A stretch of 58,270 nucleotides of DNA from positions 1 through 58,270 of the forward strand of contig JWZX01003393.1 in NCBI GenBank assembly GCA_001275005.1, written 5' to 3'. Below are positions 1-9,787 of this stretch, piece by piece. The position numbers and the translations under genes were made by a program. The number at the start of each line of letters is the position of its first letter. Position 1 is the first letter of the stretch. The stretch is from Chrysochromulina tobinii. Lineage: Eukaryota. The notes under the pieces were generated by a model. That model did no database searches. It had not been told where the DNA came from and saw only the letters and a list, made by a program, of their open reading frames with translations.

Positions 1-1
1 A

Positions 2-3000
2 ACCGAGGCAACCGAATGGGCCATCGCGGCACAGGCGCGCGCAGTCGCCGAACGCGCAGGCGCCACTCTCGACCGGCGACCCTATAACGGCGCGCTCCTC
101 ATCGTCGTCGCGGTACAAGCCGCATGCCGATGCCTACGCAGGCCACACATGTTCCCCTCGATCGGCTTCGCGGCAGGCTATACGGAGCGCGTGTGCGAAA
201 CCCGTTGCACGGAGAGTTTATGCAGGACATGGATGCTCGAAATTGAGCTGCAAACGCGCGCGGAAGCCGCAAGCGCGGCCCGGGAGACGCGGCGCGGAAA
301 CACAACCGGCTGGGCCACCGCCGCCGCAAGCCGCGAGGCCGCCCTCGCTCTCGGGCTCCCCGCAGGGCAGCACACAACGGCATGGTGGCAGAACCAACGT
401 GAGTCGCGCGCGGCTGACGCACGACGGGCTGAGCGCGTCGCCGCCGCCGCGCAAGCTCGAATCGACGACCTGCTCCGGCAAGCCGCCAGGTCGCAGCGTG
501 AACAGCGGGCGGCGCGCCGTGAGGCACGTCGAAGCATGCGAGACGAACGAGACGCCGCTCGCGCGGAGCGTGACCGGGCTCGCGCCGAACTCGAGGACGC
601 CCGCGCGCAGCTGCCCGCACGCGAGGAGGAGTACAGGCAGATGCAAGAGCGGCTCTCCAACGCGCACAGCGCAGTACGCGCCCGTCTCGCCGAGGACGAC
701 GTAGTCCCGCGCGAGCGCCACGAACGCAGCGTCGCACACGACCCAGCCGAGGGCGACCAATTTCACGCAATTGCGCGGATACCGCCACCCCCGCTCCCGG
801 AGGGCGCAGTAGCTTGGTGCGCCTGCCCCGCATGCCCGTTACCTGTTTACCCGGGCGAGGGGCAATTCTGCGACCTATGCTGGCCGGTCACCTGCGGCTG
901 CACGTGCATGTGTCAATGCCAGTGCGACCTAGCTGAGCGCGCACCGCGGCGACGCCGCCTCAACGACATGGCGCACCGCCCGCATCACGTCGACCAAGAC
1001 CTCGCTGAGCAGGCCATGCAGGTTTTTAAGGAATGGCTCGAGGTCAGGCGCATCGCCTGGCGCGAATGGCGGGCCAGGGTCGCGCAGCTGCCACACTTTG
1101 ATCTAAACGACTCCGACGCGTCAGACGACGAGGCGCCAATGGGCGGTATGCACTCGACGTCGAGGGGCGTGCACAATCTCGCCATGACTGGGGACATGCC
1201 CATCGCCCAGTACTCGATGGACGAGCTCCTCACCCTCCTCGACGACGCCCTCGACAGCGATGAGATGGCTGCAGACGCGGCTCGCCTCGCCGTCCTGATC
1301 GCCCAACGTACAGGCACACGGACCATCAGGCCGTCCGCGCTCGCCGCCGTTAGGGCGGCGTGCCGTTACCTCCGCAGGCCGCACGCATACGCATCGCCAG
1401 CACACGCCGCCCTAGCCCATGGATGCAAGGTTCGTACCTGCGAAGAATGGGTCGACAAGATCCAGGAATGCATGCTAGCAGAGGCGAGCTCGGCGGCAGC
1501 AGCGGCGGCAGCGACGACGGGCGCGTCGGCGCCAGGAGGCTCTACCGACCAGGCGAGCACCACCCCCGCGGCTTGCTCGCCCGAGGAGGTCACCGCCATC
1601 GATAGCCTGGTCTCGCTCAGTGACGAGCAACACCACGCTGGCCCACCTGTCGGCGCCCCGCCACCGACCTTTCCACCGTCCCCGCCCGGCGCGACAGCCC
1701 CACCAGGCACAGCGACGCCGCGCACGCCCAAGCGCGCAAGGGGCGCGTACGTGGCCTCGATCCTCACGACACGAGGCGACCCCGAACGCGAAGGGGCAGC
1801 CCGACCTGCGACGCCGTCCGCTGCCGAGACGGATATCCTCCAAATGGCGCTGCAGACGCTCAGCGACGAGGATCTTGAGCAACTGTGCATCGGACCCGGG
1901 GGCGACGAGGCGGACTCACAGCCCGTCGGCGGCCTCTCCTTCGAGGAGATGCGCATGCTACCCTGGACGGACACGCCCCGAGGACGGAGCGTGCCCGAAC
2001 GACGCCTTCCGCACGGCGCATCTTCCACCGCGCCCGCCGCGCTCGGGGGGACCCATCGCTCGGACGCCCCGTACGCGCAGCCTCGGGAGACGCTGGATGA
2101 CATCGCACGGGCCCACCACTCTGCCGCCTGGCACGAGTTCCGCGCCGCCATCGACGCGACCTGGGAGGATTTCACCGTCGCACACGCGACAGCGAGGGGC
2201 ACACACAATCCTAATATGATCGGCGATATGCCGAACGCGCAGGACGCGGCGTCCGCGTCACCCAAGCTGCTCTTCGGCGCGCGCCGACCGCCGCCCACGC
2301 CCAAGGCGTTCGCTGCCCTGGGCACGCCCTTGCCCCCGCGACAGGCGGCTTCGCGGCGCGGTTGGCAGGGCGCCGTCGCAGCGGTGGCGCCGTCCCCCCC
2401 GCTGGTGCTCGCCGGCGCCGCCCCCCAGCTGCCTCCCCACGCCCCGACAGCCGGCTCAGAGATCACGATCGATGAGGCCATCAAAGAGATGACGCGCCGT
2501 AGCTCCCCGCGCCGGACGCACGGCGCACTCTCCACAGAGGCGATCGATCAGGCGATCGCAGCCCATCCGCGAATTCGCGCACGGTCGCCACAGCCCGCCA
2601 CCGCCGCAGAGGCGCGGCGGCTGGCTGCACACGACGTCGCGCACAGGCTCACGACCCACGACTCACAGTACGCGTTATGCCCCGATCGGCCCAGCCTGCT
2701 ACACGGCATCGTCATCGACGCCACCGAGGCACGCGACGCAGGCATCCCCCACGGTACCGCGGGCGCCGATGAGTGGGGTTTCAAATGGGTCAAGCGGTTC
2801 GCTGAAGCGACAGAGAACCCGTGGATGCGGCCGCGCGCCGTCCACACCTCAACCGATGTGCTCTGCGAGGTATGGTTCGCAATTCTAGCGCTCGTTTGGA
2901 TCGCTCAGATGATCGCCCCGTCCGCACGGCGGCGTAGTGCGGGCTACGGGCAAGGCATGCCCACGAGCGCGCTGCTCGCTCTATATGGCTGGCGGCGCGT

Positions 3001-4414
3001 CATGCGCGACTGCGGGCGGTACACCCCCGAGCTCACCGAGGTGCGCGGCGTCCTCAAGGGCATCTGCGCGCGATACAAGGCACGCTGGGGCGACGAGGCA
3101 TTCGTGCCCAACCGGAAGCAGCCCTTCTCCAGCAAGCACATGCTCGAGATCGTCGCGCTCCTCACCAACCCCGATACGACCCTCACCGCGTGGGGCGTCG
3201 TACTGCGAATGGCGGTCCTCACGGCGTTCTGCTACGCTCTCTCCACCGGCGCACGCAAGGACGAATGGACGGCCTCATTCGAGGGTGACTCGTTCGCGCG
3301 CCGCGCGAGCTTTGCATGGGTCGACAAGGACGGCAACGACCTACCGAGCTCCCCCGAGGTCATCGCCTCCCGCAAGTCCGGCGACCTGCTGCGGGGCAAG
3401 TCCGCACCATCCAAGTGCGACCGCCTCAACATCGAGTGGGGCGGGCGGGACATGTGGTTCCGCCTCGACGACAAGAACCCCCTCAACTTTGCGCGACGCT
3501 GGCAGCAGTGGGAGCTGGCGCACCCATGCCCGGAGCGCGAGCGCTCAGTGTGGCCCGCCTTCTCGCCCACGGGGGACAACAAGCCTTTCACCGGCACGCA
3601 CGCCAGCGCGCTGCTCCACGCGATCCTGCTCAAGGTCATGACGGAGGCGGAGGCGGCGAAGCGGTCCTGGCACAGCTGTCGTATAACCATCGCCACCCGC
3701 CTCTACGCGCGGCGCGGGGCTCGAACCAACGGCATCGCCGTCGATGATGTCGAAGGCGTCATCCAGTCTCTGGTACGATGGAAGACACCCGAGGCCATGC
3801 GCATCTACGCGCGCATGGAGGCCCAGCGGTATGCCGACTACGTCGACATGGCCACGGACATGCGAGTCGAGTCCGGCGGCACCGCGCCCGAAGACCTACC
3901 CGAGGTGGACCCCACGGCTGTGCTGGCCGAGAACGAAGCCACGCTCGCGGCCATCGACGCAGAGGCTGCCCGCACAGCCAAAGCGGGCCGAGCCGCGCGA
4001 GACGACCCCGCCGCCGGAGGCGGCACGAAGCGCGGCAAGCGCCGCGCTACCCCGCTCACCGGCGACGTCGCTCAAGGCACCGCCGAGCCGGACGCCAAAC
4101 GAGCGCTCTACAACATCGGGGACTGCGCGCTCGCCCACGCAGGAGAGGACAGCTGGGGCGTCATCGGGCAATCAGTTCGTCTTCACAACTCATTTTGGGG
4201 CTTGGACGACGGAGAATACTCGGACGCGCGCGTCGTCGCGTACGCCGGCGCGTACACATTCACGGCGGGCAATCTCTCCAAGCACACGTACGTCGTGGAA
4301 TGCGAGGGACACTATTACCCCGCCACGCACGACACGGTCGCAGCCGCCCTGACCGACGCGTCCATCAAGCGACGCGTCAGGAAGGCGGGGCCGCCGCGCC
4401 TTGTTAACGTCTGA
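2..4414 (+). CDS. Large multidomain protein with C-terminal tyrosine recombinase (5'-partial; frame open from base 2, first ATG at 149)
   Basis: YR catalytic motifs: STGAR (R 3254), SKCDR, HSCR (3671-3682), RW (W 3779), MRIY (Y 3806). The N-terminal part has a coiled coil, a Cys-rich finger (~815-930) and low-complexity linkers. Confidence 0.88.
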   Translation, partial: TEATEWAIAAQARAVAERAGATLDRRPYNGALLIVVAVQAACRCLRRPHMFPSIGFAAGYTERVCETRCTESLCRTWMLEIELQTRAEAASAARETRRGNTTGWATAAASREAALALGLPAGQHTTAWWQNQRESRAADARRAERVAAAAQARIDDLLRQAARSQREQRAARREARRSMRDERDAARAERDRARAELEDARAQLPAREEEYRQMQERLSNAHSAVRARLAEDDVVPRERHERSVAHDPAEGDQFHAIARIPPPPLPEGAVAWCACPACPLPVYPGEGQFCDLCWPVTCGCTCMCQCQCDLAERAPRRRRLNDMAHRPHHVDQDLAEQAMQVFKEWLEVRRIAWREWRARVAQLPHFDLNDSDASDDEAPMGGMHSTSRGVHNLAMTGDMPIAQYSMDELLTLLDDALDSDEMAADAARLAVLIAQRTGTRTIRPSALAAVRAACRYLRRPHAYASPAHAALAHGCKVRTCEEWVDKIQECMLAEASSAAAAAAATTGASAPGGSTDQASTTPAACSPEEVTAIDSLVSLSDEQHHAGPPVGAPPPTFPPSPPGATAPPGTATPRTPKRARGAYVASILTTRGDPEREGAARPATPSAAETDILQMALQTLSDEDLEQLCIGPGGDEADSQPVGGLSFEEMRMLPWTDTPRGRSVPERRLPHGASSTAPAALGGTHRSDAPYAQPRETLDDIARAHHSAAWHEFRAAIDATWEDFTVAHATARGTHNPNMIGDMPNAQDAASASPKLLFGARRPPPTPKAFAALGTPLPPRQAASRRGWQGAVAAVAPSPPLVLAGAAPQLPPHAPTAGSEITIDEAIKEMTRRSSPRRTHGALSTEAIDQAIAAHPRIRARSPQPATAAEARRLAAHDVAHRLTTHDSQYALCPDRPSLLHGIVIDATEARDAGIPHGTAGADEWGFKWVKRFAEATENPWMRPRAVHTSTDVLCEVWFAILALVWIAQMIAPSARRRSAGYGQGMPTSALLALYGWRRVMRDCGRYTPELTEVRGVLKGICARYKARWGDEAFVPNRKQPFSSKHMLEIVALLTNPDTTLTAWGVVLRMAVLTAFCYALSTGARKDEWTASFEGDSFARRASFAWVDKDGNDLPSSPEVIASRKSGDLLRGKSAPSKCDRLNIEWGGRDMWFRLDDKNPLNFARRWQQWELAHPCPERERSVWPAFSPTGDNKPFTGTHASALLHAILLKVMTEAEAAKRSWHSCRITIATRLYARRGARTNGIAVDDVEGVIQSLVRWKTPEAMRIYARMEAQRYADYVDMATDMRVESGGTAPEDLPEVDPTAVLAENEATLAAIDAEAARTAKAGRAARDDPAAGGGTKRGKRRATPLTGDVAQGTAEPDAKRALYNIGDCALAHAGEDSWGVIGQSVRLHNSFWGLDDGEYSDARVVAYAGAYTFTAGNLSKHTYVVECEGHYYPATHDTVAAALTDASIKRRVRKAGPPRLVNV

Positions 4415-4547
4415 TTATCTCGACTCACGCCGGCGTCTCGGGGGTCCTAACTGGGCCAAACTCCTACCGAGGCGACCACTCACAGCTCACGCCGGATGGG
4501 TCGACGTTGACGGGCATGATCTCCATGGCCACCCCGGCAGAACGGAT

Positions 4548-4724
4548 GGGACTACAGGTCCTGCCCGGGGTCGCATACGGTGGGACTCGGCCGCGCGCGT
4601 CTCGTCAACGGCTGACGAAACTCGGTTTCGTCAATGACGAAACTCGCGCGGCGGCCTAGCCCACCGTCATCAGGAGGTATTCATGCTAATCAAGAACTAT
4701 GAACAACGACTCTGACCTCCATAA
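4548..4724 (+). repeat. Direct repeat copy 1 (B1) of YR element
   Basis: 177 bp; 4 mismatches to 5082-5258 by manual comparison. Confidence 0.95.
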
Positions 4725-5081
4725 TCAAAGTTAAGTACTTAACGCGGTTATGAGAGGGAAGAGGGAGGCGAGAAACGATGAACCCACAATCAGGTTCGCG
4801 TAACGGTAAGCCCAAACGCCGCGGGCGTTTCAGGGTGTGACGAACCGGACCGCTCGAAATCGCACAATCCTTCGCCTTTCGATGGAGTCCATTCAGCGTC
4901 CCTCGCCTCAGTCAGTCAATCGCCCTCACCCTTCGCCGCACCTGTGCAGCATGATAGGGGTACGGGTACACACATCATGCTGTGATAGAATGTAACCGGG
5001 CATGCCATGTGTCCTCCGCGGTCCACACGCCAGTCAGGCGAGGTGGTTGCACGGACTAGAGGTCTAGACCGTGTCCGCAGG

Positions 5082-5258
5082 GGGACTACAGGTCCTGCCC
5101 GGGGTCGCATACGGTGGGGCTCGGCCGCGCGCGTCTCGTCAACGGCTGACGAAACTCGGTTTCGTCAATGACGAAACTCGCGCGGCAGCCTAATCCACCG
5201 TCATCAGGAGGTATTCATGCTAATCAAGAACTATGAACAACGACTCTGACCTCCATAA
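5082..5258 (+). repeat. Direct repeat copy 2 (B2), probable right end of the element
   Basis: 177 bp, gggactacaggtcc...gacctccataa, same ends as copy 1. Confidence 0.95.
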
Positions 5259-6135
5259 CGCTTGACGCGCCCTGCACCCTCCTCCACGCGCCATCCCCAT
5301 CGACCATCGACCAGCGACAGCGCCCATGCGTGATGCGACGCGATCTAGCGACGCGATAGTGCCATGCCTATAGAAGCAAGTGACCCAAGATGGATGTGGA
5401 GATTTGTGTCCGTGACTTGTGTGCACCATGATCCGCAAGGCGTTCGCCTTCGAGCTTGGTCGGGTCGTCAAACACGACAGATGTGAGATGATCGTCCCGG
5501 TTCGCGTTCTCCCTTGACCCTGCGCGTGTCTCTGTTTACTCCCCGTCCCGTCCCGTGTGCCGTGACCGCGTGTGTAATAAGTGTGTAAAAAGTGCTATTC
5601 GCGCGATTCACGTGACCATGTCGGCATGTGAAACACGAATGAGTCGAATACATTCAGTCATTAGTCGTGTAGCCAAGGCCGACGCGCTGACGACACGCCG
5701 AACATAATCCGTCATCCGGACTCTCGAACTCTGTGGAGCGTGACTGTCGTCAGCGCGTCGGCGTGTCGTCCGGTGCCGACGTCTTCCCGCGGTCCTTGGT
5801 CGCGGACGCGTGACAACGCGGTCACCGCGTCTGTCGTCTGACCGGTCTCGAGAGTGCAGAGCGTCCCGTCCGGCAGTCGAGAGAGCAGAGACGCCGCGCC
5901 GGGCGAGCGGGCGTCGACAGGCCGGGTTCCCGGGTACGACTTCAAGCTTGTGTGTATCCGATCAGATTTTGCTCCTGACAAGAGCTTCATTGTAAACGAA
6001 CAGCATGCGCGTGGATGGGGAACACAGTGCCGAGACGTAGGAAAGACAACTGAGTCGCCCCGGGCCGGGGACACAGAGGGACGCGCTAAGGGGAGGCTCT
6101 GGCGAGAGATGCGATGTAGTGCGTGACTTTTCCTC

Positions 6136-6776
6136 TTAGTACAGGTACACCCCGAAGGCGGCCGCGACGCAAAAGAGCGAGTCCTGCGGGCGCGAAGAAG
6201 CTCATCGGTCAGCGGTGCGCCGGCGGCTCCTGGGCAGGCGGATGCATGCGGCGGGCGAGCAGAGGCTGCGCGCGCAGCGCGGGAGCGGCAGCCTCTCACA
6301 TTGCGGTATGACTCATCGGCGTAGTTGTCCGTGTCCGCGTCCCAAAAGCAGCGGCAGCCCATGCGCACGCCCTCACCTCGCATCTCGCCAATGACCACCT
6401 GCACCACGATTTTGTACCGTGGCAGCTCGAGCTGCGTCTTTATGCTCTGTTTGATGCCATCGGCGAGCTCCCGTGTCCATTGCGCAGTCAGCTCCGGGCT
6501 GTAACTGCGCGCGAGAGAGCGAGGCGCTCGTCGCGAGGGCTCAGCCGAGCGGGCAGGGTGACCAAGAAAGGTGGGGCACGGAAGAGCGCCCCGCGCTCAT
6601 GCATAGGCGTGCGCGGCCGCGGCCGAGGCCAGAACCCTCCCAGATGAAGCGGCGGGCAACGCGCACGTTTTGTCAGCCAGGAATTCGTTGAGGTAGCTAC
6701 CAATGATCTTTTTGACCTCGGAAGGAGGGAACTTCTCCTTGAACGTTGGCCGCACGCTGTAGAGCGGGGCGGACAT
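6136..6776 (-). CDS. TCTEX1D2: Tctex-type dynein light chain (TCTEX1D2/Tctex2b-like), 3 exons (6776-6667, 6504-6300, 6183-6136)
   Basis: Spliced product MSAPLYSVRPTFKEKF...LPRYKIVVQVVIGEMRGEGVRMGCRCFWDADTDNYA...DSLFCVAAAFGVYLY*; the GT-AG introns keep frame. Confidence 0.9.
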
Positions 6777-6883
6777 TTGCGTGAGGAGCTGGCGCGGGCG
6801 GGATGCCACAACGTCGGAAAGCACAGGCGCAAGAAAGTTGAGCGCCTCAATGGGCGCTTTGTGCTCTCCCGAACTTCTCGCAT

Positions 6884-6917
6884 TGACGTCAACGGCAGGA
6901 TGACGTCAACGGCAGGA
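6884..6917. promoter_or_regulatory. Two tandem 17-bp units each containing the CRE palindrome TGACGTCA, in a divergent intergenic region
   Basis: tgacgtcaacggcagga x2 between divergent starts at 6776 (-) and 7007 (+). Confidence 0.45.
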
Positions 6918-7006
6918 AGGGGGACGGGCGTTTCCGTTTTGAGAAGTTCGCTTCGATTTCCCCCATCGGCCACAGTCATCGGCCTTGCGTCGGCCGCGGA
7001 ATTCCA

Positions 7007-9302
7007 ATGGGTTCCATGCTCAGCTCCGCGTTCATCCCTCCGGGCTCGCTCCTCGGCTGCGAGGAGCTGCCGCCCGCGTTCGAGGGCGGCGAGCCAAAAG
7101 TCGAGTGCCTGCCGCCTTCGCTTGAGGCCGACTGGTTCTGGGGCATGGTGCAGGTGCTCACGCTGCTCCTCATGTATGGGTACATCCTCATGTACGCGTC
7201 CAACATGCTGAGCGAGGGCTCGGAGCTCCTGCTCCTTGTCCCGTCCCTCGCTGGCGTCGTCGGCTCCGTCGTCCTCCCAATCCTGGGCGCCGTGCCTGAC
7301 GGCGCGATCATGCTCTTCTCGGGCCTCGGGCCTGGAGCTCAGGAGCAGCTTCAAGTGGGCGTGGGCACGCTCGCGGGCTCGACAATCATGCTGCTGACCA
7401 TCCCGTGGGGTCTGTGCATCCTCGGAGGTAGCGTAGGCATCGCTGATGGCGTGGCGAGCTACACCGTCAAGAAGCCCAAGCACGGCTCGCTCACAGCAGA
7501 GGAGGTCAGGGCGCAGCGGATGAAGGGCGACGTGTTCGGTGTGATGCCGAGCAAGACGATAGCGCTCAACGCGCGCATCATGCTCCTCACCTCCCTCATC
7601 TACCTCATCATCCAGGGGCCCGCCTTCGCCTACTCGCGCTCCGCGCCCACGAATGCGAACGCGACCGAAGAGCTCAACGAGGAAGTCGCCGCCGTCGAGC
7701 ACGGCTGGGCCCTGTACGGGCTGCTCGTGGCCATCGCGGGTTTCGTCACGTACTTGGTGATCATGGTGGGCCAGTCCGACGACGACGTCAAGCAGCAGAA
7801 GGTCGAAGAGGCCATGAAGAAGGAGCTGAGCGCAGGCAGGCGCACAACGATCCTCGGACTAGTCCAGCCGCTGGTCGCGATGCATGCGAACTCGTCGGCG
7901 ACCGACACAAAGGCGGTGTCGCTGCTCGAGATGGCGCCCGAACGCAAGAAGATCGAGGCGCTGCTCACGCCGTACTTTGACAAGTACGACACCGACGGCA
8001 CCGGTACGATGGACGGAGCTGAGGGCGAGTCGCCCCGGCTTAGCTGATGGCGGAGGCTCATCAGCTGATGGCGGAGGCTCATCAGCTGAGGGCGAGTCGC
8101 CGGCTTGTGTCTCTGAGTGGCTCTCTGAGTGCCTCCCTCATCAGGTGCGATTGACGAGGCTGAGCTCAAGTATCTCCTGAAAGACCTTGGCGCGCGGGAC
8201 ATTGGCAAGAAGGAGGCGGCCATGTGGATGAAACGGCTCGACAGGAACGAGGACGGCCAGCTCGGCCGCGATGAGCTGCTCGATGCAGTGCTCACCTTCA
8301 TCAAGGAACAGCATGCCGCCGTCGCGCGCGAAAAGTCAATCGCCAATCTCGGCGTGACTCTCGGGGGCGAGCAGGGAGGTGTCTTGGGCATTCCTAATTT
8401 GGGCATCGCGGAGTTCTTCACGGGCGTCACCAGCAACGCGAAGCAGATTCTCGAGTTCACAGCCACGGCATGGGATGGGGGGTTCTCTCCTACGAAGAAG
8501 CCCCGGCCGGCGCCCGACGAGGTGGTAGCCGAGCCTGAGCCTGAGCCCGAGGAGGAGGGCGAGGACGATGAGGACCTCGAAGTGCCGGAGGACCTTGTGC
8601 ACCTGTCGCCGGACCAGCAGCAGGTCGCTATCCTCAAGCGCGCCTTTTCGATGATGGGGATGGGCACTGCGCTGGTGCGTGCATCTGATCGCCCATCTGA
8701 GTGCCATCTGAGTGCCTCCGAGTGCCATCTGAGTGCCCATCTGGAGTGCCATCTGAGTGCCTCCGAGTGCCTCATATGGTCGCCTATGGCCTCCGAGTGT
8801 GCAGGTGCTCATCTTCTCCGACCCGATGGTCGAGGTCATGTCGAACGTGGGCGAGCGCGTCTCAGTGCCCCCCTTTTACATCTCCTTCGTGCTCGCGCCC
8901 CTCGCCTCCAATGCTTCCGAGCTCATCGCCTCCGTCACGTACGCGCTCAGTACGACGCGATCGCTCGTCGGACTGCCCAACTCATCCGCTCTGCTTGCCT
9001 CCCTCATCAGGTACGCTCGCAAGAAGACGCAAAAGACGATTACTGTGGCGCTCGCTGCCCTCGAGGGAGCTGCCTGCATGAACAACACCTTCTGCCTCGC
9101 GATCTTCATGTGTCTCGTCTACTTCAAGAACCTCGCGTGGAAGTTCAGCGCCGAGACGCTCGCTATCCTTCTCGTTGAGCTGCTCGTCGGTATGGTCGCG
9201 ATGCAGAAGGTAATGACTACAACCACCGCCTACATGGTGTTGGCTCTCTTCCCCCTCTCCATCGTCTTCATCGCCACACTCAAGAGCCTGGGCTTTGACT
9301 GA
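7007..9302 (+). CDS. EF-hand-containing cation/Ca2+ exchanger (NCL/EF-CAX family); introns 8004-8144, 8675-8804, 8939-9010
   Basis: YGYILMYASNMLSEGSELLL, LPILGAVPD, GVGTLAGSTIMLLT, LAPLASNASE and GAACMNNT motifs; EF hands DTDGTGAIDEAE (restored by splicing) and DRNEDGQLGRDE. Confidence 0.9.
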
Positions 9303-9303
9303 G

Positions 9304-9380
9304 GGAGCCTGTGGGGAAACACATCCCTCCTCTTGGGAGCCTGTGGGGAAACACATCCCTCCTCTCCGGGAGCCTGTGGG
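9304..9380 (+). repeat. ~33-bp tandem repeat just after the stop codon
   Basis: ggagcctgtggggaaacacatccctcctct x2 plus a partial third copy. Confidence 0.8.
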
Positions 9381-9787
9381 CTTGGCATCCTTGTCATGGA
9401 TTGAGTTTACGTCGGCTGGCCGCCTTCCTCTCCACTCTCTTGAGAGACGTTACGAAAGCCTGATCTATTCGGTACATTCGCATGCACTCTCGTGAGCCGT
9501 TATACGAGAACCTGGCCTTCGCATTCCTCTGCGCAGCACCGCCGCCGACCAGGTTACGGTCACGTTTATCGTTTTTTTGACTTTGAAAGTCAAAGTGTCA
9601 CAGATTGCGGAGTTGTGTCTGCCTACACGATACCCAGACTGAGGAGAGAGCACAACGCCAGTACCGACCGGAGGGGTATCACGACCCGCGAGCTTCCTGC
9701 CATTCGATTCATCCGCATGCAATGCGGAAAATGTGCCAGACGCTGCGCCCAAATTGTGTCCACGCAATTGCGAATTGGGGGTTTTGC

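Larger units (their letters stand above)
1..5258 (+). mobile_element. 3' part of a tyrosine-recombinase element (DIRS superfamily, PAT/Ngaro-like split-direct-repeat organisation); 5' end outside window
   Basis: YR-encoding ORF followed by two 177-bp direct repeats (4548-4724, 5082-5258) with a 357-bp unique segment between them, matching the B1-A2-B2 end of split-direct-repeat YR retrotransposons. No RT/RNase H is visible in the window. Confidence 0.8.

Noticed and set aside
99..4407. Overlapping and antisense ORFs as RT/RNase H of the element
   Set aside because: No YxDD or RNase H motifs; R/A/P-rich shadow frames expected at high GC
4548..5258. LTR pair of an LTR retrotransposon or solo TRIM
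   Set aside because: No TG...CA ends, PBS, PPT or TSD; position right after a YR ORF fits split direct repeats better
6488..8775. Long minus-strand ORFs (404 aa, 381 aa)
   Set aside because: Antisense shadows of the exchanger gene
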